A stretch of DNA of 64,000 bases from Gekko japonicus (lineage: Eukaryota): contig NW_015168090.1 of assembly GCF_001447785.1 (NCBI RefSeq), positions 688,720-752,719 on the forward strand. Direction: 5' to 3'. The translations under genes and the position numbers were made by a program. This document shows, in pieces, positions 1 to 13,600 of the stretch. Below the pieces are notes generated by a model. It was not told the origin of the DNA and did not search any database. It was given only the letters and a program-made list of their open reading frames with translations. Position 1 is the first letter of the stretch. Each line of letters opens with the position of its first letter.

Positions 1-2050
1 TGGAGCATGGATCCTCATGAATGCTTTGGGATTTTGTGTTGGTACACCCCAAAGATATCATTAAATCCCATACAATGGCCATAGCCTCTACTTACACCAC
101 AGTATTAAGGGGTCCCGGGCTTCATGGCAACACCAAGCTGCAAAAACATGGTTCCAAAGCACGGATCCTCATGGATCCTCAGTGTTTCTGTTGGGTCACC
201 ATGTACCCACCATCAAATCACATATCATGTCCATGGGCACAGCTTGCACCACAAAAGCTTGCCCCACAAAAATCATGGATCCATGGCTTCGTGGCAACAC
301 CGTGAAGCCAAAACATGGATCTGGAGCATGGATCCTCATCGATTCTTGGGGGGGTTGTGTTGGAACACCCAAACATACCATTAAATCCCATATCATGTTC
401 ATGGCCACTACTTGCTCCACAGAATTCATGGATCCATGGCTTCGTGGCAATATGCTGCACAAACATAGTTCCGAAGCACGGATCCTCATGGATCATCAAG
501 GCTTTTGCGTTGGGTCACCATGAACACACCAACAAATCCTATCTCATGTCCATAGGCACAGGTTGCACCACAAAAGTCATGGATCCACGGCTTTGTGGCA
601 ACACCATAAAGCCACAACATGGTTCTGAAGCATGGATCCTCATGGATCCTCAGGGTTTCTGCATTGGGTCACCATGAACGCACCATCAAATCACACATAA
701 TGTTGATGGGCACAGTTTGAACCACAGAAATCATAGATCCACAGCTTCATGGCAAATCCATGCAGCCAAAACATGGTTCTGAAGCACGGGTCCTCATGAA
801 TCCTTGGGTTTTTCATATTGAGTCACTCCAAATACATTATGTAATCACATAACATGTCCATGGTCACAGCTTTAACCACAAAAATCATGGATCCTCAGCT
901 TCATGGCAACACCATTCTGCAAAAACATGGTTCTGGAGCATGGATCCTCATGGATGCTTCGGGGTTTTGTGTTGGGACACCCCAAACATACCATTAAATC
1001 CCATATCACGTCCATGGCCACTACTTGCTCCAGAGAATTAATGGATCCACAGCTTCATGGCAACAACATGCTGCAAGAACATGGTTCCGAAGCACGGATC
1101 CTCATGGATTCTCAGTGTTTCTGTGTTCAGTCACCATGTACTCACCCATCAAATCACATATCATGTCTATAGGCACACTTGCACCACAAGTCATTAATTC
1201 ATGGCTTTGTGGCAATGCTGTGAAGCCACAACATGTTTCTGAAGCACGAGTCTTCATGGATCCTTGGGGTTTTTGCAATGGTTCACCCCAAACACACCAT
1301 CAAATCATATAACATGTCCATGGCAACAGCTTGCACCACAAAAATCACAGATCTACAGCTTTGTGGTAACACCATTCTGCAAAAAGATGGTTCTGGAGCA
1401 CATATCCTCATGGATCCTTGGGGTTTTTGCAATGGTTCACCCCAAACACACCATCAAATCACATAACATGACCATGGCAACAGCTTGCACCACAAAAATC
1501 ACAGATCTACAGCTTTGTGGTAACACCATTCTGCAAAAAGATGGTTCTGGAGCACATATCCTCATGGATCCTCAGGGTTTTTCCAGTTGGGTCACCCGAA
1601 CATCACCATCAAATCACGTATCATGTCCATGGGCAAAGCTTGAACCACAGAAATCATGGATCCACAGCTTCATGGAAAAACCATGCAGCAAAACCATGGT
1701 TCTGAAGCACGGATCCTCATGGATCCTCAAGGTTTTTGTATTGGGTCATTCCAAACACACCATCCAATCAAATAACCTGTCCATGCCAACTGCTCGAACT
1801 GCAAAAATCACGGATCCACAGCTTTGTGGCAACACCATTCCGCAAAAACATGGTTCTGGACCACGGATCCTCATGGACCCTCACGGTTTTCCAGTTGGGT
1901 CACCCCAACATCACCATCAAATAACATATCATGTCCATGGCCACTACTTCCACCAGAGAATTCATGGATCCACGGCTTCGTGGCAACACCATGCTGCAAA
2001 AACATGGTTCAGAAGCACGGATCCTCATGGATCCTCAGTGTTTCTCTGTT
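1..2050 (+). repeat. ~154-bp tandem satellite array (BamHI/GGATCC-rich) with ~924-bp (6-mer) higher-order period
   Basis: The motif ggatcctcatgga recurs near 9, 163, 330, 481, 634, 788, 942, 1095, 1250, 1404, 1558, 1711, 1865 and 2019. Monomers at ~1257 and ~1411 are nearly identical. The array runs into the N gap. Confidence 0.93.
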
Positions 2051-2750
2051 NNNNNNNNNNNNNNNNNNNNNNNNNNNNNNNNNNNNNNNNNNNNNNNNNN
2101 NNNNNNNNNNNNNNNNNNNNNNNNNNNNNNNNNNNNNNNNNNNNNNNNNNNNNNNNNNNNNNNNNNNNNNNNNNNNNNNNNNNNNNNNNNNNNNNNNNNN
2201 NNNNNNNNNNNNNNNNNNNNNNNNNNNNNNNNNNNNNNNNNNNNNNNNNNNNNNNNNNNNNNNNNNNNNNNNNNNNNNNNNNNNNNNNNNNNNNNNNNNN
2301 NNNNNNNNNNNNNNNNNNNNNNNNNNNNNNNNNNNNNNNNNNNNNNNNNNNNNNNNNNNNNNNNNNNNNNNNNNNNNNNNNNNNNNNNNNNNNNNNNNNN
2401 NNNNNNNNNNNNNNNNNNNNNNNNNNNNNNNNNNNNNNNNNNNNNNNNNNNNNNNNNNNNNNNNNNNNNNNNNNNNNNNNNNNNNNNNNNNNNNNNNNNN
2501 NNNNNNNNNNNNNNNNNNNNNNNNNNNNNNNNNNNNNNNNNNNNNNNNNNNNNNNNNNNNNNNNNNNNNNNNNNNNNNNNNNNNNNNNNNNNNNNNNNNN
2601 NNNNNNNNNNNNNNNNNNNNNNNNNNNNNNNNNNNNNNNNNNNNNNNNNNNNNNNNNNNNNNNNNNNNNNNNNNNNNNNNNNNNNNNNNNNNNNNNNNNN
2701 NNNNNNNNNNNNNNNNNNNNNNNNNNNNNNNNNNNNNNNNNNNNNNNNNN
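2051..2750. other. Assembly gap (700 N)
   Basis: Run of n. Confidence 0.99.
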
Positions 2751-3473
2751 NATGGACATGTGATTTCTGTGGTGCATTCTGTGGCTATGGACAAGGTATG
2801 TGATTTAATAGTGATGTTGGGGTGACCCAATGCAAAAGCACCGAAGATCCATGACGATCTGTGCTTTGGGAACTAGTTTTTGCAGCATGGTGTTACCACG
2901 AAGTCGTGGCACCGTGAATTCTGTGGTGTAGGCTGTGGCCATGGACGTGATATGGGATTTAATGGTATGTTTCGGATGTCCCAACACAAAACCCCCAAGA
3001 ATCCATATGGATACGTGCTTTACAATCATGTTTTTGCAGAATGGATTCACCACGAAGCTGTGGATCTGTGATTTTTGTGGTGCAAGTTGTGGCCGTGGAT
3101 GTGCTATGTGATTTGATGGTGTCTTTGGGGTGACCCAACTGAAAAACCCTGAGGATCCATGAGGATCCGTGCTTTGGAACCATGTTTTTTCAGTTTTGTG
3201 GTGCCACGAATTCATGGGGGCATTATTTTTCGAGTGCTGCCTGTAGTCATGGTCTGCAGTATGATGGTGGTTTTATTTCGTTTCAGCGTAAAAATCATAT
3301 GAATTCATGAGGATCCATGCTTTGGAATCATGTTTTTGCGCTGTTGTGGTGCCACGAATGTGTGAATGTGTGATTTTTGTGGTGCCCCCTATAGACTAAC
3401 ACATGGCCTACAATATGATGGTAGTTTTATTTCGTTTCAATGTCAAAATCATATGAATTCATGAGGATCCATG
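2751..3473 (-). repeat. Same 154-bp satellite in reverse orientation; terminal monomers diverged
   Basis: Reverse complement of the left-array monomers (e.g. gaggatccatgaggatccgtgc at ~3151). gaattcatgaggatccatg recurs at 3301 and 3455, 154 bp apart. Confidence 0.9.
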
Positions 3474-6400
3474 TAGATCTAACTTTTACCTTTTTCCCAT
3501 AAGGGTCATAACTCCTCTATCGTTTTAACAAGTGTGACATGTTACAAGGAGACACTTAGAAGAGGTATTTTTATCTTAGGTGTGAAAGGGAAATAGAATA
3601 AAGGTGTATTAAAATCAATTTAAAAAGAAGAAGTGAAGAACATTGCCTTCCTGTTTCAGATACCAGAGAGACAGCCAATACAGTGTGGGTCAAGTATTGG
3701 ACTCGGATCTGGGAGAGCCATGTTCAAATCCCAACTCTGTGTGGAAGCTCACTGGGCGAATTTAGGACAGTCACAGATTCTGAGCCTAACCTTCCTCACA
3801 GGGTGGACCTGAGGATAAAATTGAGAATGATATAAGCTACTTAGTATTCCCAGTGATGTAAATCTGGTTAGGATTGTACTTTTAAGGGAGCTGTTGATAT
3901 GACCAGTCAAAACATGGATGATAATAAACTACAACGTAACTATTGACATTTACTGCTATGTAAAGAAGAAATGATGGGAGGTGTTGGGGTTTTTTTAAGG
4001 GGGGGGGAGATGCATTTTGATCCATATTTTGAATCTCTGGAAAGAAGGCCTTTTTCCATAGTTAGGAATAAAAGGGCTTATGACTATATCAGACTTGATG
4101 GTATTTACAAAGAAACCCAATTGAGGGGGTCTTAAAAAACCAGCTACACCATTTCACCTTATAGTATATTTAAACTGTGATAGATGACCCCTGGTTTTCA
4201 GATTACAAGAATAACTAATTGGGGGGGAGGTTATTTCTTCTATTCAGGATTAGTTATGAAACAACTAGGGTTTTAATATATAATTAAATACTGTGAAACG
4301 AGATTGAAATTCCATACAGAAACAAAACCCCCAACAGAAACTTACATTAAGCTTTCCTTGCAGTGCTTCTTTTTTCTATGTACTTCTCCCCTAAGTACCT
4401 TTCCCCTGACTATTTTCATCACAGCCTCCTTTCATGCTCCCTTACCCATGAGGAGCCTCCCCACCTGCCCTGAGGCAGAACAGCTCCCAAGAGGATGCCA
4501 TGCCACCCCACCCTCTTGCTCCAGTGGCAATTCCATCAATAAACCCCATCTCACATATCTAATCACGTAAATCCCAGCCATTCCCTACAACAGTACAAAT
4601 CCTTGAAAGATTGTGAGACCCCATGAGGGCTGATTGGCTAGGACTCCAAGAACATTCATACCTAGGAAAATATACTTTAGAAGAGAGGGTAGGTGAGGGA
4701 GTTTTAACCTGCCTGTTAATCAAATCTGTGTTGGCATATATAAATTCCTAGGCCTGTGAGAGATAAATTACTTGCAAAAGCACAGTGAAACCTAAAGACC
4801 TTTCGTTATCATCAAGGACACAGCATATATTAACATAGATTTGCCTGGAGTATTACCAAACCAGAGTCTGTGAGGCAGTACCCTTATTCAGCAACCACCC
4901 AAAATATCACAATGTAGGGAACAAGTTTTGAGTTTCACAAAATATATTGTGGAGTGCAAGTCTGCAAATAGTCTTAAAATGGAGCCGACTCCCCTAATTA
5001 GCTTCTTAATAAAGGTATCACCTGACTGCCTCTAATGTTTCTGAAATAGTCTAGGTAAGTCTTTATTACTGTTAGGCAAATCCTTTATGCAAATTAAAAG
5101 TCCTCAGGCAAGTCACATGGTACAGAATCACTTTGAACTTTCAAAGGCACTAGACTTCCACATTGCCATAAAGAGTAAGTCAAAGATTTGATAGCGCAGG
5201 CAGTAGTAAGTTCCTGTCCCGCCTGCCAGTCTCCCAACTATTTGTGCAGCCCCAGCCCATCAGCCCACATTTCTACTTTTTCTCTGTTTTGCCTAAAATC
5301 TGAGGTAGGAGAAATTCTACAGAACCCCCAAACCACATTGACTGATTTGACTGGTCCTAGTAAAGACAGAACAGAATATGACAGAATATGAAGAAACGAA
5401 ATGTTTCCAATTGGCAAAGGTGTCAGACAAGGATGTACTTTATCTCCCTATAGCTTACTGATGTTTGTATTTTGTCACTTTTCACCCTTGGTTTGAAGCT
5501 TCTTGCTTATAATCTTTCGTTTCCTTCAAAAATTTAATTTTCCTTTTATAATTCTGAAATTTTTCACATTTTGGTAAGGATATTTGGTAAGGATATTTTC
5601 ACATTTTGGTAAGGATATTTGCACATTATGTATATAGGTTTTCAGCAGCATAACTGAACAGTTGAAATGGTAGCAGTATAATTTATTTATTTATTTATTA
5701 AATTTACATCCCACCCTCCCCACCGTGGCGGGCTCAGGGCAGCTAACAGCATACTGTTTGCCGAATTGCTTTATTTACAGCAATTGGCAATTTATGAATG
5801 GGTTCTTGCCAGTTTATACCAAGGTCCTGTTCCCACTAAGGGTTGCCAGTAAAGGATTCGAGGCTGTTGTGGTTCAAATAGATGTCTTTTACTTAATAAT
5901 ATATATCAGACAAACAATACTGATGCACTCACACATTCAATCAAGTTCCTTAGAATTACAGTGTTAAAATAAGCACGTTTGCATTAGCAGGTAGGGGTGA
6001 CGGTGGGTGATACTTATCTGTCTTGCAGCTTGGTTGTTCCAATGAAGAACAGAGGGGAAGAAATAGAAAACTAAGGAATTCACACACAACCAGAACCAGC
6101 CAGAACGTGTGGGCAGTAGAGGCAAGGGTTGGGGATAGCAAGTGGGACTTAAGAGGGGTTAAAGCAGACAGGGGTTGTTGCGGGGGAGATGCTAGTTGAT
6201 CAAGTAGGAGGTGCCAGGTGACTGGTTCTCTCCTTTTCTAGTGGGTTCAAGGGATGGGCGGTAACCATGCCAACCTCTTGGCCCACCTACCTGTTAGTCC
6301 GTCCCAAAAACAATCCTATTGGTTGCATGGAGGGAGGGGTGGTTACCTAAGAGGGTTGGCCAATATTGAAACCTAAAACCTTGCTCAAAGGATGGCATCT

Positions 6401-6876
6401 GGACAGGTGTGAAAACCTTGGCGTCAGGAAACCTCATTGTGTTGCTGATGAAGCTGGCCATTCTATTGATAACCAAATGTCCATTTGGCAGGAAATACCA
6501 AAGCAGGAACAAAGCAGACGATGGGTGATACGTGACCACAAACAGTTTTGCAATGGGGGCTGTCTCTGCTCAGAGTTGTTCTCTCATTGCTCACAATAAT
6601 GGAGGTTTGTGCTTCTTCACCAGGCTGGTAACTGTGTAGCTGAAACCTTATTTACGTGTATGGCTTGTGCAGGCACCTTCTATGTGTAGTATCACAACAG
6701 GTGACTTAAAGTGTACAGTCTTCTGAGCCTGTGTGTGTGTGTGCACAGTCCATTGTGTGTAGCAATAAATATAGTCCATAAAGTAAATATCAAGTTCATT
6801 CTCTAACAATACATATAAATGTGTATATTAAAACTCCAATATATATTAAAACAGCATTAGGTTAAGGATTAAATAG

Positions 6877-7168
6877 GTTTGTAGCTCAGCAGTTCAAGAC
6901 CCGAGCGCTGCAGGATGGAGTGAGCTCCTGTCTCTGGCCCCAGTTCCTGCCAGCCTAACAGTCTGAAAGCAAGAAATTGCAAGTAGATAAATAGGTACCA
7001 TTTTGGTGGGAAGGTAACAGCATTCTGTGTGCCTCAGTGTTTAGTCATGCCAGCCACATGACCATGGAAATGTCTTCAGACAGCGCTGGCCTTTCAGCTT
7101 GGAAACGGAGATGAGCACCGCCCCCTAGAGTCGGATTCAACTGGCTTTTGAGCAAGGGAAACCTTTAC
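6877..7168 (+). mobile_element. Sauria/Squam1-type SINE, 5'-truncated
   Basis: Aligns by eye with the copies at 39468 and 63116 (gcaagtagataaataggtacc ... ctagagtcgga ... acctttac tail). Confidence 0.85.
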
Positions 7169-9175
7169 GTTGGATTTTTTGGCCCATTGGTTGGGACTCA
7201 AAACCCCAGGCTGAAAGTGCAAATGTTTATGCTAAAACACTCTTTGCTTATCTCCAGAGGTTTAAGTTTTCCACAGTGGGGATGGTGTTTACACATTCAT
7301 AGCAAAAAAGTTAATAAAACCCATAGAATAGGCCAGTTAGATCCATGGAAAACACATTCTAAACATCTGGACTTCCAGTGTACTAGAACACTGTGGCAAC
7401 AATTTGGGAAAGCATCCTTAGCTACTTCCTCTGCTTGAAAGTCCAGGGACAGCATAGGAGTATCTCCAAGACTATTAGCCAGAGAAACAAGAGGTAACCT
7501 ATCACTGACAAGTGAACTTTCATGTCCCAGGGCCAGAACTTATTGCAGCTTTAGCCTTGCTCAAATTCAGTTTATCCACATTCAACTCCGGCTAGACAGA
7601 AATAACTGCAAGGTCAAGTGCCTAAGGCCAAGACAACTAGACAAGAGTAGTATAATAATGATCTCTTGGTCTGAACATGTTGTGTTCTTTGGAGGAGCAC
7701 TACCTGTACCACCTAGCTAAGGATGGCTTTCGAAGTTCATAGTTAAAATTAGTTGATGATAGGCTACGGAGAATGAGCTTTTCCCTCAAGCTCTTAAACC
7801 AAATAGATTATCCCTCTGCAAGCAAACTGATCAAATCTTACATTTTGATAAATGGAGTACTGGATGCAGGGTGTGTTCCTCACATCATTTGGGTCTTTCA
7901 GTTCCAAAGACTCTACCTGCTTGCTGTAAGTTTCTAATGGTTCCCAAATACAGAATACTATTCTCAAAGGCAAGACTAAATGTCCTGCCACTAGGGGAAC
8001 TAGCAGACAGGAGTTCCTAGGAATTCCTTTCTTGAGTGACTATGTGACTGCAAATCTGGTAACTTAAGACACCATCTGGCACTTCTTTATTGATTGTAAC
8101 AAATACAATTCGGCTTGTGACAATTGGATCACAATTTAATATCCAAAAAGGGAGTTTTGTCACAAAACAAGAAGTTGTAGCTAAGTTGCCAGCAGATACC
8201 AATCCAAATGTGGCTGTTGCAGTTGCAAAATTTTTGTCTATGGCATTTAATAGTACCACTTCCCAACGTAAAAAAATTGTATACTTATGTTTTTCACATT
8301 GTCTTTATATTAATATCATTTTCCCTGTTTGCTTATGACCTGTTGCTCTACGAGCATTAAAAAAAGACTATGGAGACTACCAGCACTTGGTATCACCAAG
8401 CAACTGATCCACAAGAAGAGGATGGGATTGACTTGTGCCTTATTTGTCTCTGTATGCTGCAGTACTCAAAGGCTGCAATGAATTTAAAGATTAAGAGAAA
8501 TGGATATAATTAGTATAATCATGGCTCAACTGTTTCATGCTGGAGGAAGCAGCTGCGCAGACATAATAGCACATATGCAAATTAAGTAGCATGATTATAT
8601 CTACTAAGTAAAGGTAGGAGAAGTTCAAAATTCCCTGCAAGCACGTGGTAACTGAAGTGGCGATCATGCAGCTCACTATGACAAGCCTTTTCTACCAACC
8701 GAGGGGACCCACACAACCTTATGATTTTGGGGGGACCAGATTTTTTTTTTATTCTGTAAACCTTCCCTTCAGTTACAAGATGTTCTTGTGGTAGCAAGTG
8801 TAAAGGCTTTGGGTTTGTTGGTGCGAGGTAATGTGGTGAGCGGAAAGCGCAGAGAGACCATGGAGGCTGGAGTTGTATGTAAAACAGAGATTGGTTTACA
8901 GGTTCTTCAAAAAGAACAGATCAGCAGCCCAGATCTCTAGCTAACTAAAGGAAAAGCCTGACTGAGGCATATACATTTAAGCTTGTTATGGCTTCAGTGT
9001 GTGGTTTAAACTCTCCTTAACGGTTGTAGGTACAAACAGGCTTTCACTATCCCGTAGGCTGGATCCTTTCACACACATAGGATTCCACCCACACCAGCCT
9101 GCCAGGTCCCAAGAGTCACGCTAAATGGGATGAGGTCTGCTCATCACCAGAGACAGGCTTCACAACCAGGTACTT

Positions 9176-9375
9176 GAGAGCCAGTTGCAGCTGCTGGATG
9201 ACCTTGGGCAAGCCATAGTTCTGTCAGAGCTGTTCTTGAAAAAGAGCCATTTCTGTCAGTTCTCACAGCCCCACTTACCTCACAGGATGTCTGTTGTGGG
9301 GGAGGGAGGAGTGTGTAAAGCCGCTCTGAGACTCCAAGTGAAGGGCAGGGTATAAATCCAATCTCCTCTTCTTCT
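9176..9375 (+). mobile_element. Squam3-like tRNA-derived SINE (internally deleted)
   Basis: gagagccagt head, gaccttggg core and tataaatcc-(CTT)n tail. Confidence 0.7.
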
Positions 9376-10067
9376 ACTTTGTCCTCTCCCAGAAGTAGTC
9401 AAACCACTCTGCCACGCTACCAGGCAGAGTGACCACCTTCAAACTGTCTGATCTTTTGCTGATCTATCACTGCCCCCTCCCTGAAGCAGAGCTCAGCTGT
9501 GATTGTTTCTGTGCTTCCCCCTCCAACGTTCCATCCCCCCCCCCCTTCCAGTGAAAGGTGACTGGATGCTGGAGCAGCACTCCCACAGGCTCAAGGATAA
9601 AGCAGCTGAGTGGATGTCTTTCCTTTGAGGGGCAGGACAGCCTCCTGTTTATCACATTTACCTACCCATGGGCAATCATACATTCCCCACAGTACTTCGG
9701 AAAACTTCATGATCACTGTCTTCTCCTTCCTAAACTGCAGACCCCCAGCAGAAAAGAAATGGGTAATGAGGGAGGTTTCCCTCTCTTATTTGGTTTCATT
9801 ATGTGATCAAGTCCATCAGAGGGTTACCAATTGAACCGTACAGTCCTAAGCAGTTAGCACATTGACTGCAGTGCACTTAGGAAAGGGGCAACTCTGCTTA
9901 GGAATGACGCTGTAAGTGTTCTCAGCCTGGATCAACAGTTCTTTTTATTACTGACACTTCAGCACTACACCCAATAGTTCTACAGTTACCAGCTTGTGTA
10001 AACAATGGGTTGCAGTTTTTATATAGCAGGTAAAGTAACGTCATTTAAAAGAATCTTACAACTGGCA

Positions 10068-10073
10068 TTTATT
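10068..10073 (-). terminator. Candidate TDP2 polyadenylation signal (AATAAA); a second candidate lies at 9944-9949
   Basis: tttatt on the + strand, ~310 nt downstream of the TDP2 stop in an AT-rich 3' UTR. Confidence 0.5.
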
Positions 10074-10380
10074 AAGCATTTTATACATATATTTAAGACA
10101 CAGAGATTCAGTGAATTATTCTGATTTGAAGAGAACTGTATAAAATATTCTAAATGGCTTTTACATTTCGCCATTCACAGACATTAAACAGGAAGAAAGT
10201 AAGAATATATGGTAGGGTGACTTTTTTCACCCATTTAAGCACATACTCCAACAGATGTTCAAAGAGTATGTTAATGACTGCGCAAAACAAAACAAAAAAT
10301 ACCAGTGCGGTTAAAACCAAGAAGAGTTAGAGCAGTGTCTTTAAAAAGTATCTTAAATTTGTCCTTCAAAGGGTCTTTTC

Positions 10381-10662
10381 TTATAGTACCACATCAAAAT
10401 TGCAAAACAGACCCCAGTGGTCACTAGGAAATTTGCCACAATCCAGTTTCTCCAGCCCAATTAAATCCAAACTCCGGGGAATGATTTGCCCACCAGTAGA
10501 AGCAGCTTGAAGGAACAGGCGATCGAACCGTAACTTGCACTGGTAACAGGCATCCAAGTTAGTGTTTTGGCTCGTGTCCCATGTGTAGTGGCAATGTTCT
10601 GGCTTGCCCAAGAATTCCCAGACATCCAGAATGTTGCTCGGCAGGCCACCTAGTTTAGCAAC
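10381..10662 (-). CDS. TDP2: TDP2 exon 7 (...KFPSDHWGLFCNFDVVL*)
   Basis: ccatcag acceptor; TAA at 10381-10383; 282 nt. Confidence 0.96.
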   Translation of the reverse strand, partial: VAKLGGLPSNILDVWEFLGKPEHCHYTWDTSQNTNLDACYQCKLRFDRLFLQAASTGGQIIPRSLDLIGLEKLDCGKFPSDHWGLFCNFDVVL

Positions 10663-13600
10663 CTGATGGAGAGAGAAGCGGAAAGAAGCATTAATAATGG
10701 TTTTTAAAACACACTGTCGATAGTAATGATTAACACTAACAAATCAGTCCCAGGGCACGGTCTGAAGTCACATCATGTAGCAACCTCAATGAAGCAAAGC
10801 AGGTCTGAGTCTGGTCAGTGCCTCATTGGTAGACTACCAAAGACTTCTTTGTACACGACCCTGAACAACACAATGGAAGAAAGGGTGGCTGTAAAAGTTA
10901 AACGTTAAAGAATGTAACACACACTGCCTATTGATTTTGTCGCTTCTCTTACGGCTAGACCACAAGGTGGTACTCAGGTGGTTCCCATGAGGCATCTTCT
11001 CCAGGCACCAACCAGATCTGCTTAACTGCAGTACGCTGGCTGTGTCCCATGCCCTCCAACCAGTGTTCCCTCTAAGCTGGGTTAGTGTGACCTAACTCAC
11101 AGTTTTTTAGCCTCTGGCTCACACATTTTTTTTCTTAGCTCAGGAAGGACGGCTCCAGAACAAACTAATTTTTACAGCAGCCAAATCGCTCACTCACAAC
11201 TGTAATGCCAGTAGCTCAGAAAGCAGAATATTTGCTCGCAAGACTTCACAGCTTAGAGGGAGCATTGCCTCAAACCATACACTGATTATAAAATTCCTGC
11301 CACTCATCAACCACCTTGAATGTAAAAACTGTGAGATAAAAAGTTAGGCCCTTTCTTGCAAGAACACTGTTTATGCTATAGGTGTCAGTGGCATCATCTT
11401 GACTTTAAGGAGCCACAGCGGCAAGCTGCACGGCCAAAGATAGTTTTCTTTTCCTCCAAATGCTGCTCTCACCTCCCTCCTCTGATTTCCAACCACCCCA
11501 TGCAAAAATAATCCTCTACGTTCAATCAATCAATCAATCAACCAGTTTATTACGGTCAAAGACCCATCAGACAGCATACAGAATCAAAAACAGTCTCCAG
11601 ATTATCATAAGACATTACAGAGAGGGGGGAAAAAACAAACAACCAAACAAACATCTCAAGGAGTATTAAGGAGATGCTTACGCTTTGTAATTGCAATAAA
11701 AAGAAATTTAGCAACATTCCTTGAAATAGCCGTGGATTTGTCCTCCAGTAAGTATTTCAGCAAAAGTTCCTCGGACTGGATTACTAATTGTCCTTGAAAT
11801 CTAAATGACCTTAATAAAGGCGTAATTAAAAGGGCTCTTTCTTCTGCATAGTGAGAGCAATGAAATAATATATGGGGGAGGGTCTCTATTGACTCGGAAG
11901 GGCATGAGCAAAATCTCAGATGTCTGGGGATACGTTGAAATCTTCTGGAAAGAACTGCAGATGGAAAAGTGTCAAATCTGGCTCTGGAAAAGGCCCATCT
12001 ATGATTTGGGTTGGAAATATTAGCTAGGTATAAAAAAGCAGACATTAAAGTTTTGGATTTCAGAGATTTGTAAAAAGGCGGAAGCTGTTTGTAACTCAAT
12101 ATCTCTGAGACGCTGGTAAACAGTGGTTTTTGCCCTAGCATAGCCGCTTTCCAAAAGTTGGTACGGATCTAATCCTAATGTTCTCAGTTTGTTAATGGCT
12201 CTAGTGGACCACTGAGGGTAGGGAGATGCAGCCAGTAGTAAAGGAAATAACCCAGTGGGAAAAAGGTGGACTTTCAACCAAAAACAGAGAGAATGCATCC
12301 AAATATCCAGCTCGACTGTATTGAGACCTCTACGTTCTTAAAGTGGCTGCCAGCTCCACAGTTTAAATGCATCTGGAATACATTAATTTTGGGTCAGAGG
12401 CTCTTCTGCTATTCAGAGAATTTTCCGCTATTCTGCCATGCAAGGTGAAAACAGGACTGGAAAATGTGTGCCACAAGGCATTGCTTTGCCCAGTTTACCC
12501 ACCTGAAGACTCTAGTAAGGTACAGGGAGAAAGAGATAAAAATACCACCATGGTATCTTGTACTGCTCACGCTCAGGGCTCAATAAGCTCTTTCCTGTTC
12601 ACCTAGCCAGGAATGTCTGCAGTGCTACTGGCTAGTTATGCCTCCTGCGCACATAGGTTATGTAAGCAGGCGGAAACCAGAGTGGTGTGAAGGTAAGAGT
12701 GTGAGGTTATTTGGGCAGACCCAGGTGCCAATCCTCACTCATAGTGAATAACTCATTGGGCCAGTCATTCTTTCTACCTCACAGGATTGCTATGAGAACA
12801 AAATGGACAAGAGGCTACCTTGAGAACAAAATGGATGAGATGCTACCCTGAGAGCCAGTTTGGTATAGTAGTTAAGAGTGGTGGACTCTAATCTAGAGAG
12901 CCAGGTTTGATTCCCCACTCCTCCACATGCAGCCAGCTGGGTTACCTTGGATGAGTCAAAGTTCTCTCAGAGCTGTTCTCTCAAGAGCATTTCTCTCAGA
13001 GAACTTGGATATAAATCCAACTCTTCTTCTTCTTGACAGAAGGGCAGGATAAAAATATGCTAAATAAATACTATTTAGCCCTAGAACTCATACTACTAGA
13101 GAGAGGAGGCATGGATTTCCTCAACTGTTTACCTCCCTCTCCATGATTATTTTATGGGCTTTCAACTTTATTCAATCAATTCAGCGGAGAGGAATCTACT
13201 AGGTACAACTCATCACTTGTAGGAATAAATACAAAATAATGATTTATATAAAAAAGTAATTTGCAGCAGTTAACCTCTTTGTCTCTCAGATTCGTATCTC
13301 CTCCAAATATCACACTAGTGGATGCTGGTGTCTCACTCATTTTCTTCAGCACCAGCCTCAACTGTTTTAAACGCTCTTCAGTATGAGTCTTGGTGCTCTC
13401 CAGATGGGAAGTCATAAAGCAAATCTCATTGCCGGAAATGTTTGCCTGTTAGAGGAACAAAACGCACAGCATAAAGATACAATACTTGCACAAAGCTGTG
13501 CCACACCACTCTCGTCTCTCTCTCTGATCTAACTGAGTTATCTCTTCTTCATCAAGCTCTGCCCCGCACCTTCTTAACTTTTGTGCTATCCAAGTTCCTT

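Noticed and set aside
21-3215. Many His/Met/Pro-rich ORFs, including 250-499 aa ones
   Set aside because: They are translations of the satellite and of the N gap; they occur in all frames and on both strands.
1-3473. Regularly spaced repeat resembling a CRISPR array
   Set aside because: Whole 154-bp units are homologous with no unique spacers, there are no cas genes, and the context is vertebrate.
8799-9660. Possible LTR-like element around the Squam3-like SINE
   Set aside because: I could not identify both termini or a TSD.
10789-10850. 5S rRNA-like sequence
   Set aside because: Short and heavily degenerate; at most a 5S-derived SINE relic, not an rRNA gene.
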